Shown here piece by piece: positions 18,877 to 27,253 of a stretch of 64,000 nucleotides of DNA. The stretch is from Chloroflexota bacterium. Its GTDB lineage: Bacteria > Chloroflexota > UBA11872 > UBA12225. The stretch is taken from NCBI GenBank assembly GCA_947446285.1, contig CANFGH010000002.1, positions 8,000-71,999 of the forward strand, given 5' to 3'. The notes beneath the pieces were generated by a model. That model worked only from the letters and a program-made list of their open reading frames with translations. It was not told the origin of the DNA and made no database searches. The translations under genes were made by a program, and so were the position numbers. The first letter of the stretch is position 1. Each line of letters begins with the position of its first letter.

Positions 18877-20109
18877 TCAGTTCGCGGACGGCATCCCCGC
18901 CGGCCCGTTCTTCCATCCAGTCGCCGAAATCGGGCCGGTGAACCCGTTCCGCGCAGCCGCAATCGATGCGACCGTCTGCGGTCCCAGTTCCGCCGCGTGG
19001 GGTGAGACGTGCGCCTCGCCAGCCGCCGGAGCCGCGATCGAGGTCAGACGCCCGGTCGGCAAGGATGATGGACGGATCTGCTTCTCGATGGCGTCAAACA
19101 GCGACCAAGAAGGCGTGTCCTTCTGCCAAACAGCATCGCATCCGGCACAGAGTGGCGCTTCCTTGTACCGCCCCTCCACCTGAAGGGTGCGAAGCTTCAC
19201 CATCTCGGGCCCATTCCACACGTCCATCAGGGAACTGGTCTTCAAGTTGCCGATCAACTGGTCGGCCGTGAAATCAGCGCAGCACGAGGCAACCCGTCCA
19301 TCCCAGTAGATGGCCAGGCTCTTCCACAGCCAGTTGCAGGGGTGATAGTTCTCCCCGTAGGGCTGCGCCTCCACAACCTCGTTCTCCTGCATCACCCCAG
19401 CCCAGCCATGGGGCCAGATCGGATCCCATTCATCAACCGGCAGGTCAGCAAAGAGGTCCCGCATATGTTGGGGCAGGTTCGGCCCCTTCTGCGTAGCATC
19501 GTAAGGAAGGATCACCTGCATCACTGTGTACGGCGTCGGTCGACCGTTCTCACGGTATTCCTTCACGAGTGCAAGGAACTGCCGAACGTTTTGGAGTGTG
19601 ACCTCGTACTTCGCACCCTTGCGCATGATCTCGTACATCGCCTTGTCAGGCCCGTCGAACGAGATTGTCACCTTGGATGCGCCGTCTTCCACCAGCATGC
19701 GCGCTTGGCTTTCACGGAGAATGGTTGCGTTGGTGTTCACATGCAAGCGGACGCCTTTGGAGCGACCGTACCGCAAGAGTTCCGGCAGCTTGCGGTGCAG
19801 GAGTGGCTCACCACGGAAGAACAGGTTGATCTCGAGGGCAAACTTCGATGCCTCGTCGACAATCTTCCGGTAGAGGTCCATGTCAATGTAGCCGGTGTCA
19901 CCCTTGACTGCATCAAGCGACTGCGGGCACATCGGGCAGCGCAGGTTGCAGACGCTTGTCGATTCAAGGTGCAGTTTCAGCGGCGGATACGGGAGCGTGG
20001 TCGTGCCACGCATCCAGTGGTACATGAACTGCACGGTACGGGGATGGATGACCGCCTTGTGGCGACGCCAGTTCTTGACAAGTTTGATAGCTTGGTCGAC
20101 CGTATTCAC
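18877..20109 (-). CDS. Radical SAM enzyme with C-terminal SPASM-type auxiliary-cluster domain
   Basis: 410-aa ORF. CX3CX2C motif in LESTSVCNLRCPMCPQ. C-terminal Cys-rich region HPCNWLWKSLAIYWDGRVASCCADF...APLCAGCDAVW. GTG start preceded by AGAGAGGAA. Confidence 0.85.
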   Translation of the reverse strand: MNTVDQAIKLVKNWRRHKAVIHPRTVQFMYHWMRGTTTLPYPPLKLHLESTSVCNLRCPMCPQSLDAVKGDTGYIDMDLYRKIVDEASKFALEINLFFRGEPLLHRKLPELLRYGRSKGVRLHVNTNATILRESQARMLVEDGASKVTISFDGPDKAMYEIMRKGAKYEVTLQNVRQFLALVKEYRENGRPTPYTVMQVILPYDATQKGPNLPQHMRDLFADLPVDEWDPIWPHGWAGVMQENEVVEAQPYGENYHPCNWLWKSLAIYWDGRVASCCADFTADQLIGNLKTSSLMDVWNGPEMVKLRTLQVEGRYKEAPLCAGCDAVWQKDTPSWSLFDAIEKQIRPSSLPTGRLTSIAAPAAGEAHVSPHAAELGPQTVASIAAARNGFTGPISATGWKNGPAGMPSAN

Positions 20110-20155
20110 GGACCGTTCCTCTCTGCGCCGCCGGAAGTATCAACCCCTCGCGCAT

Positions 20156-20345
20156 CCCGCCCCACCTGATTTACATGCGCTTCGCTTGGCGCAAGGAGCG
20201 AGGAGAATGACACTCGGATTGGAGCCGGTTCTACGGTGAGCGAAGCTTGGCGTGCCCCGCACCACCCTTACACCCCGGATTGCAATACGCTTCTCTCTGC
20301 TCACCCCCACGCCCCGCCTGATTTATATGACCTTCGGTTGGCCCG
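20156..20345 (+). repeat. Two copies of the ..CCTGATTTAnATG..CTTCGnTTGGC.. repeat family in a long intergenic region
   Basis: 20156: cccgccccacctgatttacatgcgcttcgcttggcgc. 20306: ccacgccccgcctgatttatatgaccttcggttggccc. Each is followed by a purine-rich aaggag..agaatg block (20193-20209 and 20388-20404). Confidence 0.85.
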
Positions 20346-20521
20346 CACCACTCATTCCATTCGCTCGTCGGTCGCAGGCTGGGTGCACGGGAAGGAGAAG
20401 AATGTAGCTGCCGAGTCTCTCGGGATAAGTCATCGCACGGGCACCGGTTGACGCACTCGGTGCCCAAGAACGCACACCCGATGGTGCACCATGCGATTCC
20501 GGTAACGGCGGCCCCGCCCCC

Positions 20522-20571
20522 GTGGCACCGCATGCCACGCCTCGCCTCTCCCGGATAACCGAGAAGAGGCG
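20522..20571 (-). terminator. Two GC-rich hairpins directly after the dehydrogenase stop (no U-tract)
   Basis: GTGGCA-ccgca-TGCCAC (20522-20538, perfect 6 bp) and cgcctctcccgg-ataa-ccgagaagaggcg (20543-20571). Confidence 0.3.
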
Positions 20572-20588
20572 ATGGCGCCAGCGACCCG

Positions 20589-21674
20589 TCAGCGACCCGC
20601 GTGTGTCAGCGCCGCGATGACCGCATCAGTGACCTTGCCCGTTGTGGCCGTGCCACCAAGATCCGGTGTCAGCACGGTGCCCGCCTGCGTGACGGCTTCG
20701 ATCGCCTGCATCAACAATGTGGCAGATTCCGTCTCTCCCAGAAAGTCGAGCATCATCTGACCCGCCCAGATAGTGCCAAGCGGGTTTGCGATCCCCTTTC
20801 CGGCAATGTCCGGTGCCGAACCGTGTACCGGTTCAAAGAGCGACGGGTGACGCCGCGTCGGATCGATATTTGCCGACGGAGGCATCCCCATGCTTCCCTG
20901 AATGGCTCCGCCGAGGTCAGTCAGGATGTCGGCAAAGAGGTTGCTCGCAACCACCACATCAAGGGACTCGGGATGGGTCACGAACCGTGCAGCCATGGCA
21001 TCGACCAAGTACCGTTGCGTCGCAATCGCCGGGTACTCAGTCGCGACTTCTTCGAAGACGTCGTCCCAGAAGACCGCAGAGAACTGCATCGCGTTCGACT
21101 TGGTCACACTCTGAACACTCTTCCGGCCACGAGTGACTGCGTATTCGAAGGCATACCGAATGATCCGTTCGGTGCCCATCCGAGTGAAGACGATGTCCTG
21201 GATTGCCACTTCATGCGGCGTCCCACGATGTACCCGCCCCCCAACACCGGAATACTCGCCCTCGGTGTTCTCGCGTACGCAGACGAAATCAATGTGTTCC
21301 GCACCCTTGCCGACCAATCGTCCGCGCAGTCCCGGCAGGAGACGAACTGGCCTCACGTTGGCGTACTGGTCGAATGCCTTCCTTATCGGAAGGAGCAATC
21401 CCCAGAGACTGATGTGGTCCGGTACCGTCGGCCACCCGACCGCACCGAAGTAGATCGTCTGAAAGGGCTGGAGAACCTTCGTCCAATCCGAAGGCATGTA
21501 CGACCCTTGTTCGAAGTACCGCGCCGTACTCCAGTTGAACCGCTCATAGTCAAGCCGGAACGCGCCGGTCACGTCTGCAAGGTGGTCAAGGACCCGGACA
21601 CCCTCGTTGATGACATCAACACCGATCCCGTCCCCCGGGATCACGGCGACTGCGTAATGGTTCGGCATGGTCAA
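20589..21674 (-). CDS. Tartrate dehydrogenase/decarboxylase-like enzyme (isocitrate/isopropylmalate dehydrogenase family)
   Basis: 361-aa ORF. VIPGDGIGVDV, FGAVGWPTVPDHISLWGLLLPIRKAFDQYANVRP, NLFADILTDLGGAIQGSMGMPPSANI. Confidence 0.85.
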   Translation of the reverse strand: MTMPNHYAVAVIPGDGIGVDVINEGVRVLDHLADVTGAFRLDYERFNWSTARYFEQGSYMPSDWTKVLQPFQTIYFGAVGWPTVPDHISLWGLLLPIRKAFDQYANVRPVRLLPGLRGRLVGKGAEHIDFVCVRENTEGEYSGVGGRVHRGTPHEVAIQDIVFTRMGTERIIRYAFEYAVTRGRKSVQSVTKSNAMQFSAVFWDDVFEEVATEYPAIATQRYLVDAMAARFVTHPESLDVVVASNLFADILTDLGGAIQGSMGMPPSANIDPTRRHPSLFEPVHGSAPDIAGKGIANPLGTIWAGQMMLDFLGETESATLLMQAIEAVTQAGTVLTPDLGGTATTGKVTDAVIAALTHAGR

Positions 21675-21701
21675 CCTCCGAAGTTCTGGGTCTGCGCGGT
21701 T

Positions 21702-21729
21702 CCCCTATCCCGTCGTGACGGGTAAGGGG
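21702..21729. repeat. GC-rich hairpin repeat (same family)
   Basis: cccctatcccgtc-gt-gacgggtaagggg: 13-bp stem with 2 mismatches. A related half-site ccctctcccgtctcc lies at ~21787. Confidence 0.8.
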
Positions 21730-21816
21730 TGGGGGTCTCCAGGCGAAAGGACGATATCGGTTGAACCCGGGGTAGTGAGTGGGGTGCCCTCTCCCGTCTC
21801 CACGTCAACCGATGAT

Positions 21817-22608
21817 CTAGACGCCCTGAACCTTTCGTCGTGCCCCCATGAGCGCCCACAGGGTCGCAACCCAAAGGATGCCGCACACAACTGCCAACGT
21901 GCCGGGCAACCACGCCGAACCCGCATGCACCGGCATCGCCCGAGCAAGGTTCGTGACCGCGCGTCGCACCCCCGCCGCTACGGTTTCCTCTCCTGCAAGG
22001 CGGATGAGCAGGGTTCCACGTGCCTGGAATGCGTTCACATAGAGTTCCCCACGGACGTACCGGTTGGGAAACTTTGCAAGGGTTGAGATCCGGTTACCCG
22101 CTGTGTCGGTGCCATCGGGATAGGCCAGCGTCACCAAGTACGTGCGCCCTCGCGAGGCTGAGATCGCCTCGAACCGAACCGGAACCCACGTCTCCTCTGG
22201 AGTTCCGGGCCCAATCCTCCATGCAGACCCGACCGGCAATGCCGAAGCGGCAACGGACGACTTGCGGACGACCCGACGACGGTCTGGTGCAGGCAGGACG
22301 GCTGGCCACGAGGCTTCTGGGAGCGCACCATCCGACAATTCCTCAACGGTGAGTTCCACCACTCCCGGCAAGCCTTCCGTCTCGGCTGCCAGGACCAGGT
22401 CAATCTGGGCAAGTCCGTCCCGATCAGGCACCAGCCCCTGAGCGAGTGACGATGCGCCACCCAGTTTCATCTCCAGGGAGGCCGCCGGTGCCGTCTGGTG
22501 GTCAGCCACTACCGATGGGGACTGCCACCAATACCTCGCAGCGAAGCCTCCGGCAAAGATAGGGATACATGCACCGAGCGCGGCCGCGGTCAACCATCGG
22601 CTGTTCAC
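21817..22608 (-). CDS. Hypothetical bitopic/anchored envelope protein
   Basis: 263-aa ORF. N-terminal TM (WLTAAALGACIPIFAGGFAARYWW) and C-terminal TM (LPGTLAVVCGILWVATLWALMGA) flank a beta-rich segment (WVPVRFEAISASRGRTYLVTLAYPDG...YVRGELYVNAFQARGTLLIRL). Divergent from the GT-C array. Confidence 0.55.
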   Translation of the reverse strand: MNSRWLTAAALGACIPIFAGGFAARYWWQSPSVVADHQTAPAASLEMKLGGASSLAQGLVPDRDGLAQIDLVLAAETEGLPGVVELTVEELSDGALPEASWPAVLPAPDRRRVVRKSSVAASALPVGSAWRIGPGTPEETWVPVRFEAISASRGRTYLVTLAYPDGTDTAGNRISTLAKFPNRYVRGELYVNAFQARGTLLIRLAGEETVAAGVRRAVTNLARAMPVHAGSAWLPGTLAVVCGILWVATLWALMGARRKVQGV

Positions 22609-22766
22609 GTATCCGCCAACGAGACCACCACGGCTATGGTCACTCTGGTAACCACGCTCGCGCCACGCCGCGGTATCGTCGGGTACACGGGCATCCTCTC
22701 ACTCCCGTTTATCGTTTGCCAACAGGTATCCCGCCACGTCCCAACCACCGGATGCGTTGTGAAAGT

Positions 22767-24296
22767 GTGACGCCCACACGCGACGCGGGTCGTCGCACAT
22801 CCCCTGAAACCAGCGGCGACGATGCCCCGTGGCGACGCCAATCTGACGCGAGACTGGGTCTCACGGCGGCGGGCGAGTCTGGCCGGGCCAGATGGGGGCG
22901 ATTTGCGTACCTTACGCGTCTTGTCGCGCTGGTGTTTCGCCATTCCACCCTCGTAAGTTGGGTGATCCTGCCAGTCGTGGCGACCGTCCTGCGCCTGGCC
23001 TATGTCGCAACCCTTCCGCCGACCAACATCGTTACTTTTGAAGCCGACCCAATCACCTACGAACAGATTGCCAGAAACATCCTGTCTGGTCGCGGTTACT
23101 CCGGCGCGTCCTTCTACTATCCGCCGGGTTCCGACACCCTCACGTCCTTCTGGGACCCGCTCTACCCCTACTTCCTCGCGGCAATCTACTCCGTGACGGG
23201 TCCGTCCATCCCCGCAGTACGCATCGTCCAGTCAATCATCGGCGGCATCAGCGTCGGCCTGATCGCGCACGTCGGAACCCGTCTTGGCAGCACTGGCACT
23301 GGCCTGATTGCCTCGGCGTGGGCAACGATCTATCCGTTCTTCTTTTACTACACGGGTCAGTTGCTCACCGAGACCGTCTATATCGGACTGATCCTCGCAA
23401 CAGTTGCTCTCGGCATCGAGGCCATCCATCGACGGCACGCCGGGTGGTTTGTCGCCCTTGGCGTTGCTGGTGGTCTCGCCTCCCTCGGACGCGCCGAGGC
23501 ATTTGCATTCACCATCGCGTACGTAGGGTGGTGCGCCACGCGCAGCGTATCTGAACCCAGGGCGAAGGGGTTGGGTGGTTCGGACGCAGGCAAGAACCAA
23601 TCGCCACTTGAAGGGCAACACTCCTGGTCCGATGCCAAACGTCCCTACATATCCTCCGGGTGGGTCCCCTTGATCACGGTCGGATGGTTGGCCATGGCAG
23701 TCCCGATTGCCCCGTGGGCAATCCGGAACTACATCGTATTTGACCGGCCAATCATGACAACAACCAAGCTCGGCTACAACTTGTACAAGTATTACCATCC
23801 GTTGATGACCGCCGATCAGACCGTCCGGATTGTCCCGTTCCCCGAGTTCGGGACGATGACCGAACCTGAACGCGCCGACCTGATGCAAGCCATCGGCATC
23901 GGGTACATGCTCGAGGACCCGTTGCGAACCGCCACGTTTATGGTGTCGAAGTTCTTCCTGCTGTTCAAGCTGACCCCATCAAACGACGCAACCCGAGGCT
24001 ACGCGCTTGTCAGTCTTTTGAGTTACGGCATCCTGCTGCCGTTCATGGCCGCCGGTGCCGTGATGGCCCTCTTGCGTGGCAAGGCGTGGTGGCCCCTTCT
24101 CGGGTACGTCGCTTTCAACATCGCTTCAAAAACCGCGGTGTTTGCGGGGATCCGATTGCGGATGCAGATCGAACCGTTCTTGCTCATCCTGGCGGCCTTC
24201 GCGGTCGTGAAAATTGGCGAAGCCTTGCGTAATGGCGAGGCAGCGTGGGTACTTGGTGCGCGGCACCGCATTGGTTTCGCCTCGCCACCCCAATGA
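22767..24296 (+). CDS. GT-C family glycosyltransferase candidate (ArnT/PMT_2, GT39/GT83-like)
   Basis: Frame is open from 22569 but overlaps the divergent gene. First plausible start is GTG 22767 (uncertain). Shows TM1, then FEADPITYEQIARNILSGRGY (acidic first-loop motif), then many TM helices. Confidence 0.7.
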   Translation: MTPTRDAGRRTSPETSGDDAPWRRQSDARLGLTAAGESGRARWGRFAYLTRLVALVFRHSTLVSWVILPVVATVLRLAYVATLPPTNIVTFEADPITYEQIARNILSGRGYSGASFYYPPGSDTLTSFWDPLYPYFLAAIYSVTGPSIPAVRIVQSIIGGISVGLIAHVGTRLGSTGTGLIASAWATIYPFFFYYTGQLLTETVYIGLILATVALGIEAIHRRHAGWFVALGVAGGLASLGRAEAFAFTIAYVGWCATRSVSEPRAKGLGGSDAGKNQSPLEGQHSWSDAKRPYISSGWVPLITVGWLAMAVPIAPWAIRNYIVFDRPIMTTTKLGYNLYKYYHPLMTADQTVRIVPFPEFGTMTEPERADLMQAIGIGYMLEDPLRTATFMVSKFFLLFKLTPSNDATRGYALVSLLSYGILLPFMAAGAVMALLRGKAWWPLLGYVAFNIASKTAVFAGIRLRMQIEPFLLILAAFAVVKIGEALRNGEAAWVLGARHRIGFASPPQ

Positions 24297-27253
24297 CCGG
24301 TCAGGCTTCGCCAAGTACGCACCCCGTTCCGGAATGGAGTGCCGAACGTAGTGCATCTACGTCAGGCAGCAAAGATGGGGAGCCGGGGACAGGAAGCCCC
24401 CGTGGGCAACCATCACCATGGCGATTGGCAGGGATTGTGTTCCTGTTCTTTGCCTGTCTCTACGCGTCCACCGCCGGGGCCGTTGGGTATTCCGTCGATG
24501 GCCAATTCTCGTACCGTGTCGCGCGAGACATGGCCAACCGAGGCGTAGTGGCCGCTTTCGAGAAGGAACGCGACCTCTTGCGCCGGTGGGGTCCGGGCCT
24601 GCCTCTCATTGGCGCACCATTCGTGTGGATCGGCGAACGCATCGCCCGCGCCATGCCTCCCATGCACAGCCTGGTTCTGGCAGACCTTCCAGGCGAAACC
24701 GGTCCACGTCCCGTCTTGCTAACCGACACACCTCCAATCAGTCGGGATCGCATCAACGCGCCACAGGACCAGTCCTCACTAACCCTCCCCATCCCGGCCG
24801 GGACTGGTCAGATCACTGCGTTGACCCTCATTTCCTATCTCTCGTTCGCCCGCGACATCCCGACGGGAACGCCAATCGCGACTGCCACCTTCTTCGATGC
24901 CGATGGGCGGACCCTCGGCGAAGTGATCCCCATCAGGGTGGGCGATGACACCTCGGAATGGGCATACGACGACCCAATCCAGGGCAAACCCGTCCATTCG
25001 CGGGCGAAGGTCGCCGGGATGTGGACGGGCAACCCGGATGCAGTCATCTACCGGATGACCGCTCCGGTCGCCAAGGGCGATCTGACTACAAATCAAGTGG
25101 GGAGGGGAGGGGAGGGGGTCGCATCTTCAATCAGGTTCGACGCGGTCACCGAGACCGGGCGGCTTCATTTGCGCGCGGTCTTGGTCAGAGGCGAACGCGG
25201 TTCGAAAGCCGTGACCGAAGTCACGAGTGGCTCCACTCACGAGACGGCGGATTGGGTGACCCGAGCCGCCTTCGGGTTTGCGAACGTGATCCCCGGCGCG
25301 GCATCTGTAGGACTTCTCATTCCGATCGCCAGTTGGTATGGCGCGTCGCGTCGCACCACCTTGACCATCGCATTGCTTTTTGGGGGCGCAACCCTCGCCT
25401 GGCCATACGCCCGCTTTGACTTCTCGGAGACGCTTGCCGGCGCGTTTGCGATCGGGGCATTCGCCGCCCGCATCGCATCAATCGACGCGACGACCACCCG
25501 TTGGACCGTGATGTTCAACCTGATCGCCGCGCTCGCTACCGTCGGGGCCGGGCTCACCAAGTACACCGCTCTCTGGTTCATCGGACTGATAGCGATTGAC
25601 GCCATCGTGCACCCAGGGCGCATTCCCCGGACCGTCACCGCAGTCGCCATCGCAATCCTAGGAATGCTGGTCGGGGTCGTCGCCCTAGCTGGTGGGGTGT
25701 CGGCGCCAATCCTCATAACCCAGTTGTGGGATGGGCTGACGCGCGGTTGGCTTGGCTTTCCGCTTTGGGCGGGACTTGCCAGTCTGGTGCTGTCGAGCGG
25801 CAAGGGCTTGGTCTGGTTCGCGCCGCCGGTGCTTCTCGCCGGTATGGGTGCCGTGTCGTTCGTTCGCCGTCACGGATCTCGGGCCTGGATTCCGGTCGCG
25901 GTCTCGCTCATGTATCTCGCAATTTTTGGCAGCAAGGGCGGGTGGCATGGCGGAGGTTGGGGTCCGCGCTACCTGGTGCCGATGGTCCCATTCCTGATGC
26001 TTCTCTCGCTTCCGGTGATTGGGGCCGCCGTTGATCGCGAACCCGACGCACCTCGCGCTTTCGGGGAGGGCCAAGCCAAGCGTCTAGCAATCAAGAGCGA
26101 TGGGGGAGGGCGGGGCTGGATCCGGTTTGCGCAGTGGGCGACCATCTTGACGACTTTGGCAGGGCTGGCTGTCCAGACGGAGGTCGTCCTGAAGCACCCC
26201 AATGCCTACTCGATCATGTTCCGTGACCACATAGCCCCGGAACTGGACGGCTACGGGATTGCAGTCGGCGGAACGTTGGCATCGACTTATGCCGAGTACT
26301 ACCGTGTAGAGAAGGCGCGATCCGAACTGGTGTCCCCGCCTGGTGCGCCAACGGACATCCACGGCAACCCGCTTCCGCGGCGAGGCCTTGGGCATGCCAT
26401 CGACCGCGATAGCCCGATGGTGGTGAAGATCTGGCCCGAGCGCACGGGACGCTTCCGCCTCACGGTCTACCTGTGCAACTACGACGGACTACCCGAAGAG
26501 GACCGGTTCCAGAACATGACGGTTGTCGATGCCTCTGACATCCAGTCGGTGATGGTGACGGACTTTGCCCGTGGTGAATACATCACGTGGGTGGTGGATG
26601 CACGTGTCGGCGACCCGGTCACCCTTCTCGCGTACGACTCCGGTTCGGCGTTCCCGGTCGTTTCCGCGCTCTTTTTCGACCCGGACACCGAGACGAGCGG
26701 GCCGGTGTCACCAATCCAGGACCGGTCGACTGGCGGCGACTGGGTTGGCCGGTACGGGCGTGACGGTGCACTCCTCCTTGCCTGGGAGATGGGACCCCGC
26801 GACGTTGGCAAACTCCCGCCCTACATCAATGCGGTCACTGGAGGCGAGCGGGTCTGGGTGGACACCGGCGAGGCCGAGCGGTCGGAGATCGCCATGCTGT
26901 ACGCGCCCGGGTTCAGTCCATTGCTCGCCCACGCATGGTTGCTTGGCAACGACCTGATCCGCTTCTTGTGGCCCGCCGATGCCGCGTTGCAGCAACGTGC
27001 CCTCGCGTCACCACCCTGGCGCTACGTACATGGATTGGAAGTGCACAGCCCGCATCCGGAGTACGGTCTCGGCATCGACCTGTGGCCGATCGAGGCGCGC
27101 CAGATGTTCGCATCGCACTCCGGTGTGATGGCTGCGGTGTGGGTCGTTGAGGGACTGTTCCTCATTGGACTGGCCGTTGCGGCGGTCATGGTGGTCCGCG
27201 CGTGGAACAACAGTGGTGCGGCTGCTCCCGGAGAAGGGAGGGAACGCCCGTGA
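24293..27253 (+). CDS. Giant polytopic membrane protein, paralog A (GT-C-like core with two large soluble inserts)
   Basis: ATG 24293 overlaps the upstream TGA (ATGA). TM1, then GYSVDGQFSYRVARDMA. A ~200-aa insert carries IRVGDDTSEWAYDDP. About 10 further TM helices, then a ~330-aa soluble region (GGDWVGRYGRDGALL..LPPYINAV), then terminal TM helices. Confidence 0.65.
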   Translation: MTGQASPSTHPVPEWSAERSASTSGSKDGEPGTGSPRGQPSPWRLAGIVFLFFACLYASTAGAVGYSVDGQFSYRVARDMANRGVVAAFEKERDLLRRWGPGLPLIGAPFVWIGERIARAMPPMHSLVLADLPGETGPRPVLLTDTPPISRDRINAPQDQSSLTLPIPAGTGQITALTLISYLSFARDIPTGTPIATATFFDADGRTLGEVIPIRVGDDTSEWAYDDPIQGKPVHSRAKVAGMWTGNPDAVIYRMTAPVAKGDLTTNQVGRGGEGVASSIRFDAVTETGRLHLRAVLVRGERGSKAVTEVTSGSTHETADWVTRAAFGFANVIPGAASVGLLIPIASWYGASRRTTLTIALLFGGATLAWPYARFDFSETLAGAFAIGAFAARIASIDATTTRWTVMFNLIAALATVGAGLTKYTALWFIGLIAIDAIVHPGRIPRTVTAVAIAILGMLVGVVALAGGVSAPILITQLWDGLTRGWLGFPLWAGLASLVLSSGKGLVWFAPPVLLAGMGAVSFVRRHGSRAWIPVAVSLMYLAIFGSKGGWHGGGWGPRYLVPMVPFLMLLSLPVIGAAVDREPDAPRAFGEGQAKRLAIKSDGGGRGWIRFAQWATILTTLAGLAVQTEVVLKHPNAYSIMFRDHIAPELDGYGIAVGGTLASTYAEYYRVEKARSELVSPPGAPTDIHGNPLPRRGLGHAIDRDSPMVVKIWPERTGRFRLTVYLCNYDGLPEEDRFQNMTVVDASDIQSVMVTDFARGEYITWVVDARVGDPVTLLAYDSGSAFPVVSALFFDPDTETSGPVSPIQDRSTGGDWVGRYGRDGALLLAWEMGPRDVGKLPPYINAVTGGERVWVDTGEAERSEIAMLYAPGFSPLLAHAWLLGNDLIRFLWPADAALQQRALASPPWRYVHGLEVHSPHPEYGLGIDLWPIEARQMFASHSGVMAAVWVVEGLFLIGLAVAAVMVVRAWNNSGAAAPGEGRERP
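25099..25118 (+). other. Canonical G-quadruplex-type motif GGGG-A-GGGG-A-GGGG-A-GGGGG on the sense strand of paralog A
   Basis: Read directly: gtggggaggggaggggagggggtc. Encodes VGRGGEGV. Confidence 0.85.

Noticed and set aside
20207-20239. Mini-ORFs with strong Shine-Dalgarno sequences in the 20.1-20.6 kb spacer: MTLGLEPVLR at 20207-20239, and ATG-TAG at 20402-20407.
   Set aside because: They are too short, lie on the strand opposite to the surrounding operon, and the SD-like blocks are part of a duplicated repeat unit. I report the region as a structured spacer rather than as coding.
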